From contig JAZSOO010000036.1 of NCBI GenBank assembly GCA_045536935.1, positions 22,854 through 86,853 of the forward strand: a stretch of 64,000 nt of DNA. Direction: 5' to 3'. Source of the stretch: Eubacteriales bacterium. GTDB lineage: Bacteria; Bacillota; Clostridia; Oscillospirales; CAG-382. The translations under genes were made by a program, and so were the position numbers. Below, piece by piece: positions 9,870 through 18,074 of the stretch. Position 1 is the stretch's first letter. Every line of letters begins with the position of its first letter. The notes below the pieces were generated by a model. It searched no databases, was not told where the DNA came from, and worked only from the letters and a program-made list of their open reading frames with translations.

Positions 9870-9880
9870 AAGGTATAATA

Positions 9881-10432
9881 ATGCTTGATATATTGGCTCT
9901 CGAAAAAAGCTTTATATTAAATCATATAAAAGAGGGAGATACCGTTGCCGATTTCACAATGGGTAACGGATACGATACCTTGTTCCTTTCCAAAACCGTT
10001 GGAGAAAACGGCAGAGTTTATGCCTTTGATATTCAACAAAGTGCGCTTATCAGCACCGAAAAACGCTTGAAGGAAAACAACGCTCCCAAGAATTATACTC
10101 TTATATGCGATTCCCACCATAACGCAAGGGAATATATAAAAACCCCCATAAAAGCGGGAATGTTCAACCTTGGCTATCTCCCCGGCGGTGATAAATCGAT
10201 AACGACAAAACGGGAAACAACTCTTTCCGCAATCGAAACGGCGATATCCTTGCTTGATAAGGATGCGATCCTGCTCATAGCCGTCTATCCCGGTCACGAG
10301 GAAGGGGAGATTGAGGGAGAGCTTATAAACGAGCTTCTCGAAAAATTCGACAGAAAGCAATATTGCTGTGCGAAATTCAGGATAATCAATTCACCAACAT
10401 CGTCATATTTCTATATTGTTGAATCCAAATAG
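9881..10432 (+). CDS. mnmM: class I SAM-dependent methyltransferase, YtqB/MnmM-like (tRNA mnm5s2U34 methyltransferase)
   Basis: DFTMGNGYDTLFLSKTVGENGRVYAFDIQ matches the B. subtilis YtqB N-terminal block. The upstream part of the track ORF overlaps the malQ 3' end. Confidence 0.7.
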   Translation: MLDILALEKSFILNHIKEGDTVADFTMGNGYDTLFLSKTVGENGRVYAFDIQQSALISTEKRLKENNAPKNYTLICDSHHNAREYIKTPIKAGMFNLGYLPGGDKSITTKRETTLSAIETAISLLDKDAILLIAVYPGHEEGEIEGELINELLEKFDRKQYCCAKFRIINSPTSSYFYIVESK

Positions 10433-10442
10433 AGGTAAAAAA

Positions 10443-11156
10443 ATGATTCTTTACGTAATACGTCACGGCGACCCGATATACGACCCCGACAGTCTCACAG
10501 AGAAGGGACATCTTCAGGCAAAAGCGCTTGCAAAACGTCTTGCCGTAAACGGTCTTGACAAAATCTATACTTCACCGATGAACCGTGCACGCCAGACGGC
10601 ACAGCCCACCTGCGAGCTTTTGGGTATAACACCCGAAATTGAGGATTGGACGAGCGAGGCATATACCTGGCAGGAATTCACCTTCAACGACCCCGAACTT
10701 GACGGAAAATTGAATTGGTGCTTTCACGTTCAGACCACAAGATACAAAACTCCCGAAGTTTTGGCGCTCGGCGATAAATGGTACGAGGCAGAACCCTTCT
10801 GCCAAACCAAGGCAAAGGAAGGCTATGAACGCATACAGCGTGAGTCGGACAAATTCCTTGAAAAGCTTGGCTATAAGCGAGAGGGAATGAACTATAAGAT
10901 CCTTTCGCCCAACGAGGAACGTGTTGCCGTTTTCTGCCACCAAGGCTTTGGCACGACTTGGCTTTCCCACCTTCTTGCGATCCCGCCCGTGCTTTATTGG
11001 TCTACGTTCGATATGAACCATTCGTCAATGACGATAGTCCATTTCAAGAATAACCCCGACGGCTATACCGCACCGATCTGCCTTGCCGTTTCGGATACTT
11101 CGCATTTCCACGCAGAAGGATTACCTCTTAAGTTTGCAAATAAGATTGATATATAA
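10443..11156 (+). CDS. histidine phosphatase family protein (phosphoglycerate mutase-like)
   Basis: RHG catalytic motif in YVIRHGDP and second catalytic His in FCHQGFG. Confidence 0.75.
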   Translation: MILYVIRHGDPIYDPDSLTEKGHLQAKALAKRLAVNGLDKIYTSPMNRARQTAQPTCELLGITPEIEDWTSEAYTWQEFTFNDPELDGKLNWCFHVQTTRYKTPEVLALGDKWYEAEPFCQTKAKEGYERIQRESDKFLEKLGYKREGMNYKILSPNEERVAVFCHQGFGTTWLSHLLAIPPVLYWSTFDMNHSSMTIVHFKNNPDGYTAPICLAVSDTSHFHAEGLPLKFANKIDI

Positions 11157-11157
11157 T

Positions 11158-11189
11158 AAAAAAATGCAGGTTTAATACCTGCATTTTTT
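11158..11189 (+). terminator. intrinsic terminator
   Basis: AAAATGCAGG-TTTAATA-CCTGCATTTTTT. Confidence 0.8.
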
Positions 11190-11190
11190 A

Positions 11191-11398
11191 GTCGAGATTT
11201 TTGCTTCGCAAAATCGATATATTTGCATTCGCAAATTCGATATATCCTCGTTCCTCTCGGATTCGATATGATATAAATCCCTTTTGTTCCGCAGAACATA
11301 TCGAGTTTTTTGCACATCTCGTCAAAAACGAGATGTGCAAAAATCATATCGAATGGCTTTGCCATATATCGAAAATCCCGTAAGGGATTTATATCGAC
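11191..11398 (-). repeat. TCGATAT-linker multi-hairpin element, copy 1 (inverted relative to copy 2 at 36571-36768)
   Basis: Read on the minus strand: TCGATAT + AAATCCC-TTAC-GGGATTT + TCGATAT + ATGGC-AAAG-GCCAT + TCGATAT + long hairpin, then ATATCGA-type linkers in the second half. A 41-nt central block shows 3 mismatches to copy 2. Confidence 0.8.
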
Positions 11399-11419
11399 GC
11401 ATTGTGCCACAGCACAATG

Positions 11420-11662
11420 CTAATTCGAATATTTTTGCTTGGTCTGATCAATTTGCTGTTGCGGCGCCTGCGTCGAAGGATACCAACCCTTCTGCGCCAT
11501 TTTGGAATATATCTCGTTCTGCATACAGAGACAGTCGTTAAGAGCTTGCTTGAATGCGGTGTTAACATTGGGTGTGGGCGATTCGATAGCGCCGTGCATG
11601 AAGATGTCGCAACAATTCTTAACCGAAGTAAGAATGTTGTCCATAATTACCTGATCCTGCAT
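11420..11662 (-). CDS. spore coat protein, CotF-like
   Basis: 80-aa helical protein with a coat-F-like pattern (ILTSVKNCCDIFMHGAIESPTPNVNTAFKQALND...). GAGGAG RBS. Confidence 0.6.
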   Translation of the reverse strand: MQDQVIMDNILTSVKNCCDIFMHGAIESPTPNVNTAFKQALNDCLCMQNEIYSKMAQKGWYPSTQAPQQQIDQTKQKYSN

Positions 11663-11676
11663 AATTGTCTCCTCTC

Positions 11677-11850
11677 TTAAAGCAAATTATAGAAACGGTC
11701 GAAAGTCTGCTGTTGCTTCTTTGCAATATCCGCAACGAAATTGGAAAGCTCGGTATCTCCAAGCTGTGACGAAAAATCCGTACAAACGGTCTTAACCTGC
11801 TTTGTGTGACCGAGAGCGTCCTCGATATAAAGCAATTCTTTTGGTGACAT
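11677..11850 (-). CDS. 57-aa small protein co-transcribed with the cotF-like gene (not in ORF track)
   Basis: My translation: MSPKELLYIEDALGHTKQVKTVCTDFSSQLGDTELSNFVADIAKKQQQTFDRFYNLL. GGAGG lies 6 nt upstream of the ATG. The stop is 14 nt before the next start. Confidence 0.5.
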   Translation of the reverse strand: MSPKELLYIEDALGHTKQVKTVCTDFSSQLGDTELSNFVADIAKKQQQTFDRFYNLL

Positions 11851-11940
11851 AAATAACCTCCGTTGTTTTTTGTTGTAATCATATTTTTGCCGTATAAAAT
11901 TCGTAATATTCCGAAAATTTTTGTTTTGATCTAAATTCCG

Positions 11941-11969
11941 TTGACAATATACGACTTTTTAGTTATAAT
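11941..11969 (+). promoter_or_regulatory. consensus sigma-A promoter of the glutamine synthetase gene
   Basis: TTGACA (11941-11946), 17 nt, TATAAT (11964-11969). Confidence 0.7.
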
Positions 11970-12005
11970 TAAACTCGAAAAAATATTTTCCGTCGGAGGA
12001 AAAGT

Positions 12006-14090
12006 ATGAAAAACATACCCGAAATGTTTGGTTCGTTGGTTTTCAACAGAGAAATAATGAAAGAGCGTCTGCCCGAAGATGTTTATAAATCCTTAAAGCA
12101 TACGATACAGCGTGGCGAAGACCTTGATATTACCGTCGCAAACGTCGTTGCAGAAGCTATGAAGGATTGGGCTGTCGAGCACGGCGCAACCCATTATACC
12201 CACTGGTTCCAGCCTATGACGGGTATTACTGCCGAAAAACACGACAGCTTTGTTTCCCCCGTTAACGACGGTAAGGTTATTATGTCCTTCTCGGGTAAAG
12301 AGCTCATAAAGGGCGAGCCCGATGCATCAAGCTTCCCCTCGGGCGGCTTGCGTGCAACCTTCGAAGCAAGAGGCTATACCGCTTGGGACCCCACCTCCTA
12401 TGCATTTATAAAGGACGGCTCGCTTTGTATCCCAAGCGTATTCTGCTCTTACGGTGGCGAAGCACTTGATAAAAAAACGCCCCTCTTGCGTTCAACGGAA
12501 GCCTTGAACGAACAGGCAATGCGTATTTTAAAGCTTTTCGGTACCGAAGCAAAGCACGTCGAAGCAAACGTCGGTCCCGAACAGGAATATTTCCTTGTCG
12601 ATAAATATCTTTTCAATCAGCGTGAAGACCTTGTTGTTTGCGGAAGAACGCTTTTCGGCGCAAAACCGCCCAAGGGACAAGAGCTTGAAGACCATTATTT
12701 CGGTGCGATAAAGCCGAGGGTTTCCGCATTTATGAAGGAGCTCGACGAAGAACTTTGGAAGCTTGGCGTCGTTTCAAAGACCAAGCATAACGAAGCAGCT
12801 CCCTGCCAGCACGAGCTTGCCCCCATCTACGGAACGGCAAATGCGGCTACCGACCATAACCAATTGACAATGGAAACGATGAAGAAGGTTGCCGACCGTC
12901 ACGACCTTGTTTGTATCCTTCAGGAAAAGCCCTTCGAAGGCATCAACGGCAGCGGTAAACACGATAACTGGTCGCTTTCTACCGATAAAGGCGTAAACCT
13001 TCTTTCTCCCGGAAAGCACCCTCACGAAAACGCACAATTCCTTTTGTTCCTCTGTGCTGTAATAAAAGCGGTTGACGAGCATCAGGACCTTTTGCGTATC
13101 TCTGTTGCGACCGCAGGCAACGACCACCGTCTTGGTGCAAACGAAGCGCCTCCTGCAATAGTTTCGATGTTCCTCGGTGACGAATTGACCGATATCCTCA
13201 ACGCTATCGACGAGGGTGTCCCCTATTACGGCGCAAAAAAAGCTCAAATGGAGATCGGCGTACACGTACTTCCCACGTTCCCGAAGGACACCACCGACCG
13301 TAACCGTACTTCTCCCTTTGCGTTCACGGGTAATAAGTTTGAATTCAGAATGCCCGGCTCCGCTATGTCGGTTGCAGAACCGAACGTTGTTATAAACACC
13401 ATCGTTGCCGAAAGCTTGATGCAGTTCGCTGACGAACTTGAAAATGCGTCCGATTTCCAATCCGCACTTCAAGAGTTGATCCGCCGTACCATTAAGAAGC
13501 ATAAACGCATAATCTTCAACGGCGACGGATATTCAAACGAATGGAAGCTTGAAGCAGAGAGAAGGGGATTGTTGAACCTTCCCACCACAGCCGATGCACT
13601 TCCTCATTTTGCAAGCGATGAGAACATTTCTCTCTTCACCCGCCATAAGGTATATACAGAAAAGGAACTCCGTTCCCGTCACGATATCTTGCTTGAATCC
13701 TATTGCAAGATAATCACTATCGAAGCTTTAACTATGTGCGATATGGCAAGCAGAGATATTATCCCTGCGGTCGATTCCTATATCTTAAAGCTTTCGCAAA
13801 CTATCGCATCGCTTAAATCGATCGGCTCTCCGATACCGCACCATACGTCCGAAACGTTAAAGCGTCTTATTGAGCTTTCCGACGAAATGTCTGCTTCGCT
13901 GAAACGTCTTTTGGCGAACGCAGAACATGCACAGCGTAACCTTAACAGTAAGAATTGCGGTGTCTATTGCCGAGACGAGGTGCTCCCGATCATGTCGGAA
14001 CTCCGCCGCTCCGCCGACGAAGCCGAAACAATAACCGAACGCTCCTTCTGGCCCTTCCCGACATACGGTGATTTGCTATATTATAATTAA
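12006..14090 (+). CDS. glnN: glutamine synthetase type III
   Basis: 694 aa. N-terminal [27 protein letters not shown] and the length are characteristic of GSIII. Core block [10 protein letters not shown]. Confidence 0.85.
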   Translation: MKNIPEMFGSLVFNREIMKERLPEDVYKSLKHTIQRGEDLDITVANVVAEAMKDWAVEHGATHYTHWFQPMTGITAEKHDSFVSPVNDGKVIMSFSGKELIKGEPDASSFPSGGLRATFEARGYTAWDPTSYAFIKDGSLCIPSVFCSYGGEALDKKTPLLRSTEALNEQAMRILKLFGTEAKHVEANVGPEQEYFLVDKYLFNQREDLVVCGRTLFGAKPPKGQELEDHYFGAIKPRVSAFMKELDEELWKLGVVSKTKHNEAAPCQHELAPIYGTANAATDHNQLTMETMKKVADRHDLVCILQEKPFEGINGSGKHDNWSLSTDKGVNLLSPGKHPHENAQFLLFLCAVIKAVDEHQDLLRISVATAGNDHRLGANEAPPAIVSMFLGDELTDILNAIDEGVPYYGAKKAQMEIGVHVLPTFPKDTTDRNRTSPFAFTGNKFEFRMPGSAMSVAEPNVVINTIVAESLMQFADELENASDFQSALQELIRRTIKKHKRIIFNGDGYSNEWKLEAERRGLLNLPTTADALPHFASDENISLFTRHKVYTEKELRSRHDILLESYCKIITIEALTMCDMASRDIIPAVDSYILKLSQTIASLKSIGSPIPHHTSETLKRLIELSDEMSASLKRLLANAEHAQRNLNSKNCGVYCRDEVLPIMSELRRSADEAETITERSFWPFPTYGDLLYYN

Positions 14091-14096
14091 TGTATT

Positions 14097-14128
14097 AAAA
14101 AAAGACTTGCGAAAAGCAAGTCTTTTTT
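14097..14128 (+). terminator. intrinsic terminator after glnN
   Basis: AAAAAAAGACTTGC-GAAAA-GCAAGTCTTTTTT. Confidence 0.85.
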
Positions 14129-14149
14129 GTCGTAGTGAACATATAAAAT

Positions 14150-14338
14150 CAACTAATCGTTGGACGTATGTCCACATCATTTTTGCCGTAGGCAAAACAT
14201 CGTTTACACCACAGGTGTAACATCGTTTGTGCGAAGCGCAACTTCGTTTTGTGTCCGGTAATGAGAAACGATGTTGACCTGGCGGTCAAACGATATTTTT
14301 GCTACGCAAAAAACGAAGTTGTGTCCTGCGGACACAAA
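14150..14338. repeat. AACATCGTTT-linker hairpin array (forward arm then inverted arm)
   Basis: Left arm: linker (A)ACATCGTTT-like alternating with hairpins GGAC-GTAT-GTCC, TTGCC-GTAG-GCAA and ACACC-ACAG-GTGT. Right arm: AAACGATGTT, AAACGATAT and AACGAAGTT alternating with GACC-TGGC-GGTC, TTTTGC-TAC-GCAAAA and GTGTCC-TGCG-GACAC. Confidence 0.75.
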
Positions 14339-14344
14339 CACAAA

Positions 14345-14378
14345 AATAAAAGCAAGTCATAAGACTTGCTTTTATTTT
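14345..14378 (-). terminator. intrinsic terminator after the tRNA cluster
   Basis: AGCAAGTC-ATAA-GACTTGCT flanked by A/T runs. Same arm sequences as the glnN terminator but in swapped order. Confidence 0.75.
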
Positions 14379-14456
14379 TGGGGTGGCTGACCGGGTTCGA
14401 ACCGGCGACCCCCAGGGCCACAACCTGGTACTCTAACCAGCTGAGCTACAGCCACC
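14379..14456 (-). tRNA. tRNA-His (anticodon GUG)
   Basis: Reverse complement G(-1)GTGGCTG..CCAGG-TTGTGGC-CCTGG..GCCGGTTCGAACCCGGT..CAGCCACCCCA. The extra 5' G is typical of tRNA-His. Confidence 0.95.
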
Positions 14457-14461
14457 ATATA

Positions 14462-14538
14462 TGGCGTGCCTTGAGGGACTCGAACCCCCGACCTACTGCT
14501 TAGAAGGCAGTTGCTCTACCCAGCTGAGCTAAAGGCAC
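14462..14538 (-). tRNA. tRNA-Arg (anticodon UCU)
   Basis: Reverse complement GTGCCTT..ACTGC-CTTCTAA-GCAGT..GGGGGTTCGAGTCCCTC..AAGGCACGCCA. Confidence 0.95.
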
Positions 14539-14543
14539 ATATT

Positions 14544-14617
<74 letters not shown>

Positions 14618-14658
14618 AAATCATTTAAGGCAACGGAACCGTTACCTTAAATTATAAT

Positions 14659-14922
14659 TTAAGCTAAACCGTTGAGAAGCTTAGTGAACTGGCTCTTCTT
14701 GTGAGCAGCATTGTTCTTGTGAATAATGCCCTTGGAAACAGCCCTGTCTACCATGCCGACAGCTTCGAGATATGTCTTTTCTGCGAGAGCCTTGTCGCCT
14801 TCAGCAACAGCAGCTTTGTACTTCTTAACAGAAGTCTTCATAGCAGATTTGAACATCTTGTTCTGAAGCGTCTTAACTTCGGTAACTTTTACACGCTTTT
14901 TAGCAGATTTGATGTTAGGCAT
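14659..14922 (-). CDS. rpsT: 30S ribosomal protein S20
   Basis: MPNIKSAKKRVKV... is the canonical S20 N-terminus; 87 aa, basic. Confidence 0.95.
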   Translation of the reverse strand: MPNIKSAKKRVKVTEVKTLQNKMFKSAMKTSVKKYKAAVAEGDKALAEKTYLEAVGMVDRAVSKGIIHKNNAAHKKSQFTKLLNGLA

Positions 14923-15065
14923 GCACTTGCACCTCCCATTCGTATTTTGGAACCGTTACATCATAACATACTTTTTCATCTTTTGCAATAGGTATTTGCA
15001 AAAAAGTATAAATTTTTTTAATTATAAGCAAAATAGAAATAAAAAGCATGCGAGGTTTAAAAATT

Positions 15066-15968
15066 ATGTTCCAAAAACGTACCGATCTGGCAATGGAAGT
15101 CCACGAGCTACACGGTGAAAATTCGGGAATAAAGGTCAAAGAAATCACAAAAAAAGGTGTCAATATAACCGAAGCAGAGGTCATGAAGGGAGAAGGCGAG
15201 CGTCTTTCGGGCAAAAGCGCAGGGAAGTATATCACGGTCGATATCGGCAACGTTTGGCAATACGATAAGGAAAAATTCGAAAGTTTAGCAAAAACCTTGG
15301 CAAACGAAATATCTCTCCTTCTTCCCGAAGGCAACGGAAGTGTTTTTGTGGCAGGGCTCGGTAACGAAGAAATAACCCCCGATTCGTTAGGGCCGAGAAC
15401 CGTAAAAAAGCTCCTCGTCACACGTCATATCGAAACTATCGATTCTGCCTTGTATAAAAACGTCGGATTCGGCTCGCTTGCAGCAATAGCATCGGGCGTG
15501 CTCGGACAGACGGGCATAGAAAGCGCAGAGATAATAAAAAGCGTGTCCGAAAATATAAAACCCAAATGTATTATCTTGATAGATTCGCTTGCTTCAAGAA
15601 AGCTGTCCCGACTTGCAACAACCGTTCAGCTTTCCAATACGGGAATATCCCCCGGCTCCGGCGTTTCCAACAAACGCCATACGCTCGATTCCGAATATCT
15701 GAAAGCTCCCGTTGTTTCGATCGGTGTACCGATGGTAGTCGATGCCGCAACACTTGCTTACGATCTGCTTGAGGAATATTGCGGCGGAGAAAACGAGAAT
15801 TTCGAAAACGCAATTTCAAAGATATTAAACAGCAAAGAAACAACAAATTTCGTCACCCCGAAGGATAACGATATGATAGCACGCTCAACAGCAAAGCTTC
15901 TTGCAACGGCAATCAATATTGCAGTTCACAATATGGAAATTTCCGAAATTTCGGAATTTATTGAATAG
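15066..15968 (+). CDS. gpr: germination protease (GPR endopeptidase)
   Basis: RTDLAMEV N-terminus and GLGNEEITPDSLGP active-site block. Conserved rpsT / gpr / spoIIP neighbourhood. Confidence 0.9.
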   Translation: MFQKRTDLAMEVHELHGENSGIKVKEITKKGVNITEAEVMKGEGERLSGKSAGKYITVDIGNVWQYDKEKFESLAKTLANEISLLLPEGNGSVFVAGLGNEEITPDSLGPRTVKKLLVTRHIETIDSALYKNVGFGSLAAIASGVLGQTGIESAEIIKSVSENIKPKCIILIDSLASRKLSRLATTVQLSNTGISPGSGVSNKRHTLDSEYLKAPVVSIGVPMVVDAATLAYDLLEEYCGGENENFENAISKILNSKETTNFVTPKDNDMIARSTAKLLATAINIAVHNMEISEISEFIE

Positions 15969-16022
15969 AACAGTCATATTCAAGCTTCTCTCCGCATATA
16001 ATTTTGCGAGGAAGTGATAAAA

Positions 16023-17144
16023 ATGAGAAGAAGATTAACCGTGACCCAAAGACAAGCAATAACAAAATTAACCAGCCTTCTGCTTGGTATAGCTTTGCTC
16101 TTTTCGGTGTTCTATGCCATACCGCAGATCGTAAAAACTCTGCCTCGCCCAAACGCAAGAAAGGCGTATGCCTTCTTCGGCGGAACAACGGTAATGGCGG
16201 AGGAGAAACCAAGCTTTTCGCTCGGCTTGGGCATTTTAACTTCAGACGAGCCCGAAATAAGCGAACCGGAAGAATCCCTGCCCGAACCACCCGTCGAATC
16301 TGCTCCGCCGGAAAACGAGCCCGAGCCCGAAATACCAATAGCTCCCGGAAAAGATGACCTTCCCGTGTTTGCAAATAACCTTTGCTGGTATTCGATAGGC
16401 GAAAAAGCAGAGCTGAACCTTTTAAACAAAACCGATTTCGATGTCGATCTGAATGACTATCTGAAAAAATCCTTTCCCATAAAGGGAAACATACCGCAAA
16501 ACGAACCCCTTGTGCTGATAGTCCACACCCACGGCACGGAAAGCTATCTTGCATCGGGGCAGGACTATTATTCACCCGACGAACCGTTCCGTTCCGAAAA
16601 AAAGGAAAAAACGGTCGTACATATTGGAGAGGTCTTGAAGACCGAGCTTGAATCGCTTGGGATCCCCGTCATGCACGACGAAACGATGTACGATAAAAAC
16701 GATTACAGCCATTCCTATATAAACGCACAAAAGGGAATAACGAAGATACTTTCAGAAAACCCGTCAATCAAGTTTGTTATCGACCTTCACCGTGATTCCG
16801 TGTTCGATTCATCGGGAAGGAATATAAAACCCCTAACGACGATAGACGGCAAGAAATGCGCCCAGCTTATGTTTGTTGTCGGCACCAACCAAGGCGGCAC
16901 GTACCACCCAAATTGGCGTGAAAACCTGACTGTTGCAACACATCTGCAATCAAAGATGAACTCCCTTTTCCCAACTCTTGCCCGCCCGATAAACCTTCGC
17001 ACCTCTGCGTTTAATCAGGCATTAACAAAGGGCAGCCTTATCCTTGAGGTCGGCTCTTGCGGTAATACGCTTGAAGAAGCCGAAAACGCAATAACCCTCT
17101 TCGCCAAAGCTTATGCCGAAACGATAAAGGAGAATATGTCGTAA
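16023..17144 (+). CDS. spoIIP: stage II sporulation protein P
   Basis: N-terminal TM, low-complexity PE-rich linker, and SpoIIP amidase block LVLIVHTHGTESY...DLHRD. Confidence 0.9.
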   Translation: MRRRLTVTQRQAITKLTSLLLGIALLFSVFYAIPQIVKTLPRPNARKAYAFFGGTTVMAEEKPSFSLGLGILTSDEPEISEPEESLPEPPVESAPPENEPEPEIPIAPGKDDLPVFANNLCWYSIGEKAELNLLNKTDFDVDLNDYLKKSFPIKGNIPQNEPLVLIVHTHGTESYLASGQDYYSPDEPFRSEKKEKTVVHIGEVLKTELESLGIPVMHDETMYDKNDYSHSYINAQKGITKILSENPSIKFVIDLHRDSVFDSSGRNIKPLTTIDGKKCAQLMFVVGTNQGGTYHPNWRENLTVATHLQSKMNSLFPTLARPINLRTSAFNQALTKGSLILEVGSCGNTLEEAENAITLFAKAYAETIKENMS

Positions 17145-17164
17145 TATCTGTGAAATCACAAAAA

Positions 17165-17655
17165 TATGAATGTAGGGGAGGGTTTTATACCCTCCCGTGC
17201 TCTTAATTCGTTGTTGTTTCTTATGTCTGTGTACAAATGAAATAATATGAATTGTAGGGACCGGCGTCCTCGACGGTCCGCCCGTAAAACATCGTTGTTT
17301 CTTCTGTCTGTTCGAAAACAAAATCCAACGGTGTAGGGGAGGGGCAACGGGGTCCCTGAAAACGCTTGCGTTTTTGGGGTAATAAACCCTCCCGAACTCA
17401 AAGAATTTTGTTGTTTTTTATGTCTGTGTTCTATGCCTTAAAGGTTGATTTGCTGACGGTTTATACAACGGATAATTTCGGGCACGGGAGGGTGTAAAAC
17501 CCTCCCCTACAATGTGATTTCTATAAACAACATATTTTTACAAACGGGAGGGTGCAAGACCCTCCCCTACAAAGAAACCAATATAAACAACGAATCCAAA
17601 ACGTTTTCTCAAAATCAAGGTAAACGGACCGTCGAGGACGCCGGTCCCTACAAAA
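17165..17655. repeat. cluster of six GTAG-hairpin (REP/BIME-like) units, 3 forward + 3 inverted
   Basis: Forward GTAG at 17172, 17254 and 17333. Inverted CTAC at 17507-17510, 17567-17570 and 17648-17651. Stems are GGGAGGG/CCCTCCC or GGACCG/CGGTCC. Each unit carries a tail ending CGTTGTTT.T..TCTGTG. Confidence 0.85.
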
Positions 17656-17757
17656 AAACAACAAATTTTTACGTTTTGCGGATATTACATAGGAATTCAA
17701 AACCAACCCACACCGTGACAATAAAAAAGTACGTTGTTCAATAAAACAGCGTACTTT

Positions 17758-17967
17758 TTATTTATTCTCACTAATACCCAAAATGTAATCGCTTGTCACC
17801 CCGTAAAACTGCGCAAGCGTTATTAAATGCCGTATCGGCATCTCGTTTTGCCCGTTTTCATACCTTGAATATACCTGCTGTGTCGTCCCGATTATTACAG
17901 CAATGTCCCTTTGCAAAAGATCTCTGTCCTCTCGAAGCTCACGCAACCGTTCGGGATAGGTCTTCAT
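17758..17967 (-). CDS. XRE-family helix-turn-helix transcriptional regulator
   Basis: 69 aa. LRELREDRDLLQRDIAVIIGTTQQVYSRYENG is a classic Cro/C1 HTH. Confidence 0.85.
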   Translation of the reverse strand: MKTYPERLRELREDRDLLQRDIAVIIGTTQQVYSRYENGQNEMPIRHLITLAQFYGVTSDYILGISENK

Positions 17968-18013
17968 TATTTATCACCTCGAAATTATTTTAACATACAT
18001 CTGAAATGATGTA

Positions 18014-18042
18014 TTGACAATACACCTGATGTGGTGTATAAT
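18014..18042 (+). promoter_or_regulatory. consensus sigma-A promoter
   Basis: TTGACA (18014-18019), 17 nt, TATAAT (18037-18042). Confidence 0.65.
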
Positions 18043-18074
18043 ATCTCCATAAAAATAGAAAGGAAAGCAATTTT

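Noticed and set aside
11063-11410. Track ORFs inside hairpin-array repeats (11063..11410, 11201..11383, 36544..36831, 36554..36736, 17022..17321, 17156..17401, 17514..17744, 26811..27020)
   Set aside because: They lack RBSs. Their similarity to each other follows nucleotide repeat identity on both strands. One overlaps a tRNA. Their composition is repeat-driven.
17165-17655. Possible CRISPR array (periodic ~80-bp units with palindromic cores)
   Set aside because: The repeat cores are not identical, units flip orientation halfway, spacing is irregular, each unit has a conserved tail rather than unique spacers, and no cas gene is present in the window.
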